Source: Phyllosticta citribraziliensis (lineage: Eukaryota). From it: a stretch of DNA of 64,000 nucleotides. Below the pieces are notes generated by a model. It searched no databases, had not been told where the DNA came from, and worked only from the letters and a program-made list of their open reading frames with translations. The stretch covers positions 3,038,001 through 3,102,000 of the forward strand of contig NW_027117338.1 in the NCBI RefSeq assembly GCF_038025025.1, given 5' to 3'. A program made the position numbers and the translations under genes. Shown piece by piece: positions 43,682-56,713 of the stretch (position 1 is its first letter; each line of letters starts with the position of its first letter).

Positions 43682-44589
43682 TCATCAGGAATAGGACTTG
43701 CCCCACAAGTCACCTTCAACTTTCCTCCCGGCGCGACGCTCTGCGAGAAAGCAATGAGCCGCCTGTGCGCAAAGCACTCGGATTTCCGCACCAAAAGCCA
43801 TAGACCCATTTGGAAAAGTCCTAATCGCCTTGCCAAGGCTGGACAAACCCTGGTTTGGGCTGGACGCTGGACCCTGATAACAGCAAAGATGGCCAGCCTC
43901 AATATCCACAAAGGCAGCAATGAGCTCGTTGACTGTAAAGTCGCGCCAAGAATCTCCGCCGTAGCCCCGAAGTGGATAGGTTCGAGAATGTGGGCAGAGG
44001 CTGGCCTAAAGATAAGCATGTGGTGGGTGCTTTAGAATGTTCGTTGAAGAACGCCCAGCGACGCAGATGAGTGCGCAACAAAGAAGAGACAGGAAGAGCA
44101 TAGAAATATGCGGTACAGCTGGTCGGGGCTGTTACGCGACAATCTATTCGGGAGACTGGAGTTGAGTGGATTTGTTGCGGTATCAAATGTATCGTAAGTT
44201 TAGTAGAAGGTGGCATCTTCTCAAGCCCGCAGTGCCCATTCAGGAGGACAGGATCTGCAGAGTGCATGCCCAGAAGAGGGCGAAGAGGTTGGCATCTCTT
44301 GGGTTGGCGCGACAGTTGCGCGTTCTCCTGGCCGAGGAATGCTCGCCCTTGAGTGCAGCACCTCGGAGCACGTGGCTGGCAGCACATCGTTCCTTCTTGT
44401 CCTGCCTTCGAGCCGCCGCAACCTGGCCCAGCCTTCGACTGAGGACCCCATTTCAAGCCAACAGAAGACTTAACTTCTTCATGGCTCGTCTCAGTGTGCC
44501 TCTCCGTCAAGTTGCACACCCCCTCGATCCTCCTGCGCAGCACCTGTCTGCTCCTCTCTGCGACATCCACCGCATTCCTGCCTGTCTAT

Positions 44590-47423
44590 ATGAGGTCGTT
44601 GGGCTTCCGTCGTCTTGAAGGAGGGCCTACGGAGCGCCGTCAAATTACCCTTCTCGCCATAACGATATGTCTACACTTCCTGTTCTGGAGTTCTCTTCTA
44701 CCGTTTGTGACCATGCTCGCCCTCTTTGCTGCTCGTAGCATGGATTCTACCGTCTTACCTTCGGCAATATTGACTATCATATCGGTACGTCATGAAGATA
44801 TTCTCCTCTTGATTGTCTCTCGATTGACCCCTTGCACAGGCTGTTCTCTCCATCTGCTACCTCATCCTACATTCCTTCATCTCACGCCGCCAGCACGTCT
44901 GGACCGAAGAGTACACGCACGCCCGTCGAGTCTCCTTCATTTGTGATGTTGCGTACCGTCTGGCGGCAGCTGTTCCCATCTTCTGGTTTCTGACGACGAT
45001 TTGGAACATAATCATAGCCGTCAGACAACCGATCTGTCTCTTGACCGAACCGGGACCCAACAATAATCAAGAATTCTGGAGAGTAGGCAGTGCCTGCGCG
45101 GCTGTCCGCTCCAGCGTTGCGATATCTTTGATTGCTCTGTAGGTTGCAACCTGTAAATACAGGAGAAGCCACTGACATATGCAGAATCGCATCATGCACG
45201 CTCTTTGCCATAATCAGCAAGGTTCGCCGCCCATTTGAAGCTTCGCTCTTTGGAAGCTGCGCTTTTCGACAAAGGAGCAAACTTTCTAGCTTGGAGGATG
45301 GCACGGGGATCGTCACTCAACAGGTCCCACCCAGCCGCAATGACTCTGAGAAGTCTTTCGCGCACTCCATTACCGCGTCCACTCCGGGACCTTCATTTCC
45401 AAGTACTCCTCATACAGGAGACGTCGACTTTCGGCCCGGTCTTGGAATATACACACCTCCTACGCGTACCCCTCCTACGTCTGGGTCGCAGCGTCCGACT
45501 GCCAAACGCAGCAACAGTGCCAATTCTCTGTTCAGCGTCTCGACCGTCATTCATTACGACGCCGCTGGCCAAAATGGTCAAATACTGCCTCGCCATGGCA
45601 ACTATTGCTCCCCGCTTGCAGACTCGGCCTGGCGTGCCATGCATCCCTATCCTCCTGGTAGCCCGCGATCCATGTCCTTCCACAACTTCCATGGTAGTGG
45701 AAGCAGAACGAATCTAGTGCATCACATGGCCCCGTCTTCTTCAAGCAGTGCCATTTACGAGTCTCCGTCGGAGCTTCCCTCCTCTCTACGAATACGCACC
45801 CCTTCAGGTCCCCCGCCGCAAATCAGACCCTCTGTTCGTCCGGTACGACCTTCACCAGCACTCTTGTCACTCCAACATCGCGCTGCACGGCAGCGTCCGC
45901 TGGGTACACGCCCACGCACTAGTCCTGCGGTCAGTGGAGGGCTATACGCATGTAGTAGCGCAAACGCCAGCACGACTAGTCTGTCAAGTCTTGGAAGCAA
46001 GCGTTGTTCGAGCAGTCCGCTCAGCACCATGGTACGAGCTTGTGAGGTAGAAGTCGATCTGCTACGTGGAAAACTCAAGAATGGGGGAAAGGACCAGGAG
46101 AGCAACTGGGTTCGTGAGGACAGTGGCATATCAGTTTCAGGAAGCAGCACAGATGGCAGATGTGCCGTTAGCAGCGCGAGCGACGGTGAGGGCAAGAAAA
46201 AGTCCAAACATCGCGCAAAGCGTAGCATCAGCGCCCCGCTGCCTCTGCGCCTCCGCCGTTCAACACGCCCTGAACCACCATCCCGGCCTGCCAGCCCACC
46301 GTCTCCTCAAGTCACTCCCATCCCTCGAAGACCTTCCCGAGAGCAAAGATCCAGGGCCAAGGCAAACCTATCCCTTCTTCCGCCATGGGACCCTGCCAGC
46401 CGCGAATTTGACCAGGTGCCGCCTTGCAGACCAGAAACGCCGACGCCCAGCTCTCGAGGGGCGCGCGAGCTCCGCGCCTCGCTGTCTCGCCTCTCGTCCA
46501 AACAAGCGCCGCCGCCGGCAACACTCCAGACATGCACATCGTCCTCCCTCTCTTCGCACCCCGAGTCCAGCGCTGGCGTCGACAGCGACCCGTCATTCCT
46601 CGAAGCCGTCCTGGCGGCTGGCCACGTCACGCCGCTGCTGACCAGCGCGGGCTTTGCGTCGCAGCGCTCGAGCATTCGAGCGGCGCTGTCCCGACGCGGG
46701 AGCAGTCGGCGCAGTCGCAAGAGCAAACAGCATGCGACGACGCCTGTGCCTGCTTTGCCGGAGAATGCGATGGCATCAGCGGTGGCTCCGGCTGTCATGA
46801 AATCCAAGACACGGTTGGAGCGGGATCTTTCCTTTTCTACATCTTTTGACGCCGATGCAGGAGACGAGGCACCGTCTCTCGGCGAAGCACAGCAGCGCAA
46901 CAGCAGCCGCAGAACCCACACTCCCCCCTCCGCCACGCCCGGCGCAGACGCAAGCAAGACACCAGCCGACGCAAAGAGACAGAGCGAGACGGCCAGCGCG
47001 TCGGCCTCGCTGCGCTCGTCGCTCGCCGAGTGGATGCTGCGCGAGCGCCAGCGCAGCCACTTCAGCCACGCTACCACCAGTGCGGCGACTACGAGCCAGA
47101 GCCACCAGCTGCTGCTGCTGCGCGAGGCGTCGTGCTCGGCGTCGAGATCTTCTTTTACCTCTACGTCTACCTCGGATCTACTGACGTCGTTGTCGTTGGA
47201 TGATCGTCTGGGCGTGGATGGGGATGGGGATGGGGATGGGGATGGGGATGGGGTTGGGGGTGTGGAGGAGAAGAGGCAGAAGGAGAAGGAGAAGGAGAAA
47301 GAGAAAGAGCCCGTCGTTGAGATTTTCTGCTCGGATGTGAGGGAGGCGAGTGTTGTCGGGTTGGGGTTGGATGTTGGCGATGAGAAGAAGAGGTGTGAGG
47401 AGGCGGGTGAAGGCAAGATTTGA
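44590..47423 (+). CDS. Hypothetical membrane protein: four predicted N-terminal TM helices and a long Ser/Pro/Arg-rich tail; exons 44590-44784, 44840-45138, 45185-47423
   Basis: Two canonical introns link hydrophobic segments (LLAITICLHFLFW.., AVLSICYLIL, VPIFWFLTTIWNIIIA, SVAISLIALIASCTLFAII) in frame to the 45132-47423 ORF. Confidence 0.7.
47218..47310 (+). repeat. Coding (GGGGAT)n and (GAGAAG)n repeats encoding (GD)n and (EK)n; G-quadruplex-prone
   Basis: ggggatggggatggggatggggatggggatggggttggggg followed by gagaaggagaaggagaaagagaaa. Confidence 0.8.
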
Positions 47424-48260
47424 GGATACGTCCTCGGGTGAGGTGAGGTGAGGTGCGAGATTGCTTGCTTTCTTGCTTTCTTTCTTGCTCTGCACACTTT
47501 TCCGAGCGTTGATGGGTTTGTTCCTGTTGTGAGGCATTGGCTGGCTGGGTGGTGTTGAGGCTACTGTGGCTTGCTTTTGTCCGTGGATTGACTGACTGAC
47601 TAACCGACTGCGAACGACTGGCCGGATGGGGAGCGGAGGCCAAGTAATAACAAGTAGACCGTGTGCGTGCGCTGTATAGTGTACCTATGTAGACTACATG
47701 CATAGTATATACTCAACTATTCCTCCTTCAACGCTCGTCTTTCTACCATGCTCTCTTCTCTTCCCTTCGTCCCTTCGTCTCTTCTTCTCCTGGTCCCCGC
47801 ACGCACACAGATTGCTTCATTGTTGATGTGATGGTTGTCGTTGTGGCTTGCCAATGCCATGCCATTGATTGAATTGATTAAATTGACCACCTCTCTGTGA
47901 TGCGTGAGGTATCGCGCGTCCTGCGTGCGTGCTTCCTGCTTCCTGCCTTCTTCCACTTCCCTCTCTTGCTCCCTACTCTCCTTTGCCTACTTCATCTCTT
48001 CCCGCTTTTCCTCGCACACGTACCCATCCGTCTCGTCCCATAAAGCCGTCTACCAATCTATCCTTTAGTGGCCTTCTATTACGTTCTGTCCGTTCCGTCT
48101 ATTCTTTCTTTCTTTTTTTGATGTTTTGTGTTTGGTTGTACAGTGCGGCAGTGCGAGAAGCGTGAGAGGGGGAAAGGGGCGAGGTGTGAGAGGAGGGGGA
48201 GCAGGGGGTTCAGGGGACTCCCACGAAGGAGTCTGCTTCGTTCCGCCTCTTCGAGCGCGC

Positions 48261-49253
48261 TCAGAGCGGACTCCCATTCCCAACCGCCCCCTGCGGCTTC
48301 TCAGCCCACCCCTCGCTCTTCTTATGATCCTCATCGCCGACCGCCTTGCCATTACCAAAGCTCCACCACTGGAATCCCAAATAGGCGTCGCAGGCCGCCT
48401 GGAAGAGGCCGCAGCACTTGAAAGCCCAGGGGACGTCGCCGTCAGGACTCAAGAAGAAGAAGCACAGCTTGAAGACGTCGCCGACGAGCCAGTTGGCCAG
48501 CACGCTGACGCGGAAGCCCTTGGTGCTGCGGCTGCGCTGGTTGGCCAGGATCTGCGGCAGCGGCAGCGTGGCCTCGATGGCCAGCGCGACGGAGCCGAGC
48601 AGCGACGTGTAGGGCGCGAAGAGCGCCGTCGGCGAGACGAGCACGTGCAGCAGCAGCAGCGCGCCCGTGAAGTACAGCAGGAAGGCCCAGTACGGCCGCG
48701 TGGGCCGCCACTGCCAAAAGTTGTACGGCCGCCGCGAGGGCGCGGCTGCGGAGGCGCCGGCGAAGGGCTTGTGGGACGCGGCGTACGGCGAGGGCCGGTG
48801 CGTCAGCGCGACGTGGAGGAGGAGGAGTTGCACGCCGACCATGAGCGCGGCTTGGAAGAGGAGCGAGAGGGCGAAGCGTGCGCCAAGCCAGTAGAATATT
48901 CTGGTGACAAAGGGCATGCCGCGTTAGCTGTCTTGTTCTTCTTCGGCTTCTGCGCAAAAGGGATGGCACCGCATATGTTGTATGGAGGAATGGGTGGCGC
49001 GTACTTGAGAATCGAGGCGACGAGCATGATCAGCGGTATGTCGAGCGAGAAGCCCGCCGACGACCGCGTGCGGTGGATCGAGTATATCTGGTCGGCATAC
49101 GAAGTGACGGGCGACGAGACGATGCTTCACGGCAGGCAGTCCGTCAGTGCAATTGATCGATCTCCCGACAATGGTCGTCGCGTGCGCAAGGTGGAGGACG
49201 AGTGCTTACAATATCGGCGCAATGTGCTGCACGGCGGCAGCAAAGATGCCCAT
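48261..49253 (-). CDS. PQ-loop repeat membrane protein (Any1/PQLC1-like); exons 49253-49210, 49124-49005, 48900-48261
   Basis: SYADQIYSIHR..SAGFSLDIPLIMLVASILKIFYW, RPYNFWQW, EATLPLPQ, GFRVSVLANWLVGD, FQAACD. Confidence 0.9.
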
Positions 49254-49914
49254 GATGCCAGCCTCTGCGGTCAGGTACTCGGGCAGGTAGTCTGCGAGGG
49301 GCATGTGCGGTGGTGGCCGGCGGGCGGCGGCAGACGAGGCGTTTTGAGGAGTGGCTCGTTGGCTGGAGGAGCGCGCGGAGCAGACGAGCGGTCGTGCGTG
49401 GTTGATGGTGGATACCAAATGACGGACAGATGAGCGCAAGGACAACGATTGTCTATCTCGTCTTTTGGACTATCGACGCGAGGGGTGGATGGGAGCGAGG
49501 CGGAGAGATAGGAAACAGGCAAGGTAGCCTTTTCCAGAGATTTCAGCGTATTCGTGGATTGGAGAGTGCAGAAGTGAGAGGTCAGTACAGGTAGCTTAGC
49601 TGAGAAGGTGAGGTCGACCAGTGGCTGTCAGGCATGAGCAGCACTGTAAGTGACACCGAAACCAAACCCGGACGACCTGACGGGCCCTGACGAAACAAAA
49701 CGCCCGCTCCGCTCCGCACCAGCCACGCAGCCACATACATTAGCCACACCCTCGCTCGCGTAGGGCTGAGTCGCATATCTCCGTCTTATCTCCAACTCCA
49801 CCACCCATGCCCTCCCTGTGCAACAACAACACCTCCACAACATTAATCCAATCCCGTACAGCCCATCCAATTGACCTTCGCAGCAGCCCACCGCACCAGT
49901 CCACCACGCCCATC

Positions 49915-50767
49915 ATGGCCGACCCCTCCCCCGCCGACGCCTTCCACACCGCCTTCTTCTACGGCACCCTCATGTCGCCGCAAGTGCTGCACCGCGTCAT
50001 CCACGGCACCACGACGCCCTCGGCCCTGCAGCGCCAGGTCTCGCCGCTGCGCACCTATCCCGCCCTGCTACCGCACCACGTCCGGCACCGCGTGCGCGGC
50101 TGCGACTACCCGGCCGTCCTGCCCGCCGCGACTCCAACGTCTTCTGCCGAGGAAGATGCGAGCAGCGTCCGCGGCACCCTCGTCACCGGCCTCACCGCCG
50201 CCGACCTGTGGCGCCTCGACCGCTTCGAGGGCGACGAGTACGAGCGGCGGCCCGTCGACGCCGTGATCCTGGGGCCCGGGACGAGCACCGCCGACGACGC
50301 CGACACCCCTCAACAACAACAACAACAGCCTCCCTCCATCCCCCACCACCCCGCCGCCGCCGTCGTGCGCGCCGAAACCTACATCTGGGTCGCCGGCGCC
50401 GACAAGCTGGAGCCGCGCGAATGGGACTTTGACGAGTTCGTGCGCGAGAAGCTGAGCCGCTGGACCGGCGACGACGGCGAGAAGGAGTATGCTGGTGCGG
50501 ATGACCTACCTACCTACCTACCTATCTACCTACCTACCTATCGGCTTAGGCAGTGCACTTGGTGCCATGCCATGCACGCCGCGTGAAAGAAAGAAGTGCA
50601 TGCTAACTGACACATGCCTTGCAACAGACGTCGACGATGCGATAGCGGCGGCAGCGGCAGAGCAGAGTGCCGACACGATGGGTGGGCGCGGGTGGAACGG
50701 TGCGCTGGGCAAGGCGATAGACGGGAGCCGGCAGGCGGAGAAGGAGATATTGCGGGAAGCGGTATAA
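49915..50767 (+). CDS. AIG2-like / gamma-glutamylcyclotransferase-fold protein; exons 49915-50494, 50628-50767
   Basis: AFFYGTLM, RHRVRGCDYPAV, VRGTLVTGL, RLDRFEGDEYER, AETYIW, EWDFDEF; the intron contains a (CCTA)n microsatellite. Confidence 0.9.
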
Positions 50768-51714
50768 TGGTCATGCGTGGAGGAGAAGAGGAGCTTGGAC
50801 GGGTGGGATAGACCAAGACATGACATAGATAGATCTAGAGCGTGTCAATAGTTAGTCAGTCACACCCCCTTCCCACTTTCTCTCGCCTCTTCACCACCCC
50901 TTGATCGCTTCAGTCTGCAGCGACAGATTCTCAATCCACGCACGCGCGACGAGATCACTCTCGCAAGAAAAGGAATAAGGATGCCCGTCAACACTGTCTT
51001 GTCTGTGCATTTCCCCTGTACATTACCATCCTTACGCCATCATCCCACCACGCACCATGCACCAGCTAAGCAACCACGCCATCATCCCTTCGAACCCTCC
51101 GGGTATAAAGACGACAGTCCCTCCCACGCACCAGCAACCGCTCGAGGCAGGGCAAACAGAAAAAGGAGAAGCAGAAATGACAAACACCAGAGAAGAGAAA
51201 CCTGATCAGAGAGTTTGGCCATGCACGCACCGTGCCTCCACTGATTCGCACCACGCAAGGGGGCCAGCAGAGCCGAGGCACCGACCATTGCCTTCCCATC
51301 TCATTTGCCGTGTGCGTCGTGGCGCAGTGGTCAAACTGGCCGCCGAGGAAAGGGGCGAAAGGGAGACAGACACACATGACTGACGGAGAAAGAAAAGAGG
51401 ATCCGTGCATTCTGCAAAGATGACTGCCTCGTTTCGTGGAGAAAGACGCTCTCGGAACCATATGTGCGGCCACAACACTGGTCGTTGTGCATCGAGGCGC
51501 GCTGATGAAGCGGCAACGCCGGCGCCGACGCCGACGCCTTAGCCCATGCAAGCCGGAAAAAGACAGCGACTATTTGAGACAGAGATGGAGAGCAGGTCGC
51601 GTCCCGACCCGCACAGGAAAACATCGATTCTTATTTCGCGCTCTCCACGGCTCGGAGCCAGAGGGGCATGTGGCAGATGAGCTGGTAGATGTGGAAGACA
51701 AAGCCCGGTGGCTA

Positions 51715-54700
51715 TCACTCGTCGTCGTCGTCGTCCGTAAGGCTAATCACTTCGTGCTGCCGAAAGCCATTTCGCATATCCAGGCTGTAGTCCTCGGAGC
51801 GATGGAGATCAGGGCGGTAATTCTTAGAACGGAAGTCCTTTGGCGGTGGCGACCACTGTGTCGTCTTGGGCTCGCCTTGCCCGTGTGCGTGCCGGGCCAG
51901 GTCCGTCGTCCAGTCTTCCAGACCTTCGGGCTGTTGGCTTTCTTGCATCTCCGAATCTCCGTACACACCCGTGGTTCCGCCGTCTGCTTGCCATTGATGC
52001 TGATGATAGTCGTGGTGTTGTGGATGTCGCACCAAGTCCACCTCGGAAGGATCCTCGATGAACTCGTCGTCGTCGGATTGGTATTCCGGCTGCGGTGGGG
52101 TGCGCTGGACTTCGATGACCTCGTCGTTGTCGTTGTCGAATAGCTCCTTCAATTCCGCATGGGTCCGCCGGACCCTGCGCATCGTCCTATGACCGTGCGC
52201 AGTCTGATTATCATGGAGCGAGGTGCTACGTCCATCTGGATACACCACGCTCTCCGCGTGCTCCTGTGGAGGAGATTCCGGAATCTCGGTCCGCAACTCA
52301 CGCGCCCGTCTGTTGCTGGATGGCCGCTCTTGAACAGCGGATCTGTCGATCTCTACGGGCTCTTCCCTTGAACCCTCGGCCGCAGAAAGAGTTTTAGCTT
52401 TTGGCGCCTCCTTTGGAGTTTGAGATTTTGGCGATGGAGACTTGGGTTTCTTGCTAGGTGACTCGGACTTTCTCTCCTCCAGCCTTGGCTTCTTTGAAGG
52501 CCGGTCGGCGTTGAACGCCCTGACATCGTCGTAATTCGACCTCTTGCTCAAGTGCTTGCTGGCAGTCTGTTCTGGCGCTTTGGAAGGCGTTCCGACAGCC
52601 GCAGCTTGCGCGGGAGGATCCGTAGATGGTGTAGGAACTTCCTTCGGTATAACGACTTGAGGGCTCCCTGTCCTGAGATGTTTTTTCTCTTGGCTCTCTG
52701 GCGCAGTTTCCCGGTCAGGCGCACTTTTCCAGACAGAAGTGGAGAGCTCTGTTGGGGGCTGTGGCGGGTGTGTTACTGGCTGCGCGTTGTCATCGGACGA
52801 GTCGGTGGAAGCCTTTGCCGGCGAACTTTCTTTTGGAGTCGCGCTGTTTTGCTTCTCAGCCTCTTCCTTTTTCTTCTTCTTCTTCACTTCCTTCCTTTCC
52901 CGGTATTGCCCCTGCTGCAGAGTGAGGAGCGTCATGAGGGTGCTCCGGCGTATGTTGAGGGGGTCCAGATTAGGCCAGTCTTGAACGCGGTCCATCTCTT
53001 TGTACATGATCTTCTTCACAAAACCGTCTGGGTCTTGCATGAACTTTTCGAAATAGCCGCAAACAAACACGCCACAATCGTAGTAGTTGGGCTGAAGAGG
53101 TATATCCTTTGCATTGATGGTTTGAATGTCTCGAGCGGTGAGCGCAAGACCAAGTTTTGCCTTTGCTTCCGCAATGATGTATTGCTTCAAAGTCTTGACA
53201 GTCTTGGGATGGGTAGCGCCGAGAGAATCAAATACGATGACCGTGGTGCTGGGACGGTCAGCGCAGGGAAGATTGAAAGTTGTCGCGATGACTTACCAAT
53301 CTGGGTCAATGCTTGATGTTTTCTTGACCGCAGCCTTTGCAGGACTATTGAGCCTGTTATTCGATTTTGCTTCAAGGAATGGTCAGCCGTTTGACGTCGT
53401 CCATCTCCGTGGAACTGATCCCTGGTGCTTAGCTTACCACTCAGCTTTCCGGATTTTCCAGCGCCCAGAGTTTTGAACAGGTTTTGTTTCAATTCAGATT
53501 GAGGCTGAACTTCATCACCTTCCGCTGTTTGGTCCGAGGCCGTCGCTTCTTCGTCGAGGCGCTTACGTTCGTCGAGGCTCTTGCTTATATTTTTCATGTT
53601 GACAATGATGGCAAGGTGCCAGTGTTCAGCGTCATTGACCGGCACGATGACGAAGTCGCGACTGAAGAGATCGATTTTGGACGTCCATCGTACGACATTG
53701 CCGTAGTTGATGCCGTTCGTCGTTGGTGCCTCCCAGAGCTTGGTGCAGAAATAGGTGGAAAAAATGTGGATCCTGGTCTCGTCGAAACCAATTTTTTCCT
53801 TTGCTTCGTGCAAATACCAAGCCATGCAAAATGAAATGACAGAGTCATTCCAAAACTCACCGTCTTCTAGCCTCTGGAGATCGGAGAAGGACACTTGCGA
53901 CTGGTACCGTCCAGTGGAGGGAAAGACCACTGGATGTGGCCATTCAGGACCGAATCCGGGATCTTCAGAGAGTTTAGGCGGTCTTGGGGTCAATGCTGCC
54001 TCCTCTTCCTTGACTCTCCGGTGAGTTGAAGTGTATTCATCATCTGCAACTCGGGCGGTTGAACGAGTCTGTCTTAGGTCGTTTCTGCGCAGTTTCCTCC
54101 ATGCCGGCTCAAGATCTTCATACGCCTTCTCAATTTCCGGACGCATCTGCGATACCAATTTCGCAGGTCGTTCCCGTCGGACATCAGTGCGGTGATCGGG
54201 TTCATGTTGGTGAGGCGTTTCGTCTCGTCCCCGCGTCCTGGCTTGGAGCAAAGCGGCTTCTTCGTCCAGTCCCGGCGGATTGGACGACACAAACGGGTAT
54301 GGAGTTTGGAACAAGGCCTCCATCTCCCGACTGCAATCGAGTTAGCAAATGCCTGATGACAAAAATTGTCATGATATCACCTGTGTTTTTCTTCCAGCTT
54401 CCTTAATCCCATTTCCTGCACGTACTCCAGAAAGTCGACAAGGTCATTTTTGGCGACGATTTCGAATTTCTGCCAATGATCGCGTCTTTTATCGATGATT
54501 TGAACTCTCCATGGACTCGACGAACTGTAGGATACCTCCGCTATGTTCCCAGTGTCGATGAACAGATGTCCGGTCCCTTGAACGATAGGACCATCCCTAT
54601 TGACGACCTCAAAACGAGAACGCCGCAGGTTGTATTCCAAAGCAAGTGTGCCGTCGGTTTTGATTTTGGTAGAGCGCACGGAGAATTCACGAATCTCCCA

Positions 54701-56088
54701 CCGCCGAGGCTTAGAGGCAAGCACAAGGGGTTTTGCAGGTGAAGTGGTCGAGAAGGACAGAGATTTTTCAGATTCTATTCGGGAGTTTCGAGCCGGCCGG
54801 CTGTGGACCTCTTCGATGGCATCTGGTCTCTTCAGGGATTTTGGAAGTTGGGTGATTCTTCTCTGCGAACCATATTCTGTGGCGGTCTGAACATCCTTTG
54901 ACTGTGACTTGCGTCTGGGACTGAACGTGCCAATGTCTGGCTGCGGGCCAATCGCCTCCATCAATCTGTCAATTGATTGCGGGTTTCGCGCTGTTTTCTT
55001 CTCGGACAGCTCAGACATCGTACTGGATGCGGGCCTCATGTCCCCAGATGCTTGGACATATTTCCTTGGAGCCCTGCAAGCTAGTCGATCGTTCACTGCA
55101 CTGTACTCAGCCGTTGAAAAATATCCGGAGCGATTTTTGACGTCGGTGGTAGAGCGGTCACTGTCAATGGAATGGGCCTTGATGGGTTTCCCGTATTGAC
55201 CGATAGTGCCAGCAGGCTGACGCCCCGTTGACGTGGTGGGTGGCTCGTCCTCTGTCAAATCGACCATTGGTGCTGCGGGGCTCGACTGGCTTCTGTGCAC
55301 ATCTTCTACCCTTTGCCTTTTAGGCGCTCTAGTATTCGTCGAGTCTGGGAAATCTGGCATGGTATCGCCGTACGTACTGCCCCGCGCTTTTGCCGCGTAG
55401 GATTGGTCTTGTCCTCGCTTTGCGCCACTTGCATACGGGTTGTTGGTATGCGCAGAAAATGTCGAAAGCGGGCTGGCGGAATTGGTGTTCAGGCGGTTTA
55501 TGGGTTTGTGAGCATGAGAAGCTCCCGGCTGGAAAAGATTAGCATGATTATCGGGTGGGCGAGCGGAGAATTCGAGATACCTTCCGACTAGATTGCGAGG
55601 TTCCCGACAGAGGTACCATGCCGGGCAAAGGTATTTCTGTGGCATCCCGAGGTTTGCTACTCCGACTCAGCCGAACAGTCTCCCTCAAAAATCCTTTTGC
55701 CCTGCATTGCCTACCTGTAATCTTGTATGTAGTGCTTTCGGTCGAGGTCGTCGGATGGCGGCATCCGGTCGTCGTCGGGTCGATGGTGAAGGTCTCTGAC
55801 GCGTATGATGAGTCTTGAGCTTTGTGGGCGGGGTGGTGTGAAGTCGTTGTACAGCTCAAGGCAATTTACGGTGCGGTTGCCGCGTCGTGTGGGTTGCCGT
55901 TGCGGTGTCGAGGTATCATATCCTGGCTGCTGCAGGTGAAGCGAAGTGAGATTAGTAGCCGCGCAAAGTATCAGGGAGTGCCGGTGGGATGGGACTAGAC
56001 GCACTGTCGGGGTTGGTCTTCTCGTTTGGTCCTGACGCGGAGGAAAGAGATAATCGGCTACTGTCTTGATGTAGAGAAAGTCGACCAT
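51715..56088 (-). CDS. Ulp1/C48-family SUMO protease (Ulp2-like); predicted introns 56004-55930, 55714-55657, 55580-55529, 54380-54331, 53437-53370, 53296-53249
   Basis: LEDGEFWNDSVI, HIFSTYF, VVRWTSKIDLF; catalytic His (EHWHLAII), Asp (VFDSL) and Cys (QPNYYDCGVF); splice phases consistent, 5' exons less certain. Confidence 0.85.
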
Positions 56089-56713
56089 AGAGGTAGAGGA
56101 TGCGAACTCGTTGTACGTTCGCGCGTGGGAAAGGATCTTGGGCCGGAGTTTGCAGCATGGAGCGCGATGGAAAGCTGCCAAACCTCCCTCAGGTCTTTTG
56201 TGCCCAAAGACTGCCAGTCGCGACTTCCATTGTTTGCGGCGAGGGCGGCGCTGACATTCGTTTGTCGGTTCGGTTTGGTGGGCTTGGTTCCTTCCCTTCG
56301 TGACCCTTCCGTGACAAGGCCGCGGGGAACGCCATGGCGCCGCAACCAACATGAGCCTACATACGCGACCACATCCAACACCAACAATCCGCACCCCTTG
56401 TGGGGAGCAGCTTTGCACGACATGCAGGCTCGAATCATGAAGGTGGCCATCTTTATTTACCCCGTACAGCTTCAACGTCACGGTAGGTACTTGTGCACTG
56501 AGCGTCCAAAGTCATTCTTGGCCCACGGGCTCTCAAATAACGGCAGGCTTCGCTTGACTATAGAGTACTGATACATTGCGCAAGAAGCGCGTCTTGCCAG
56601 AAGTGAACGCAGATGCCTTGCAACCCAAAAGTTCAATGCCCATTCACTCCACCCAGTTAATGCAAAGCGGACCCGCTGTCATGGTATCGGAAGCTTGTAG
56701 AACTGAACCATCA

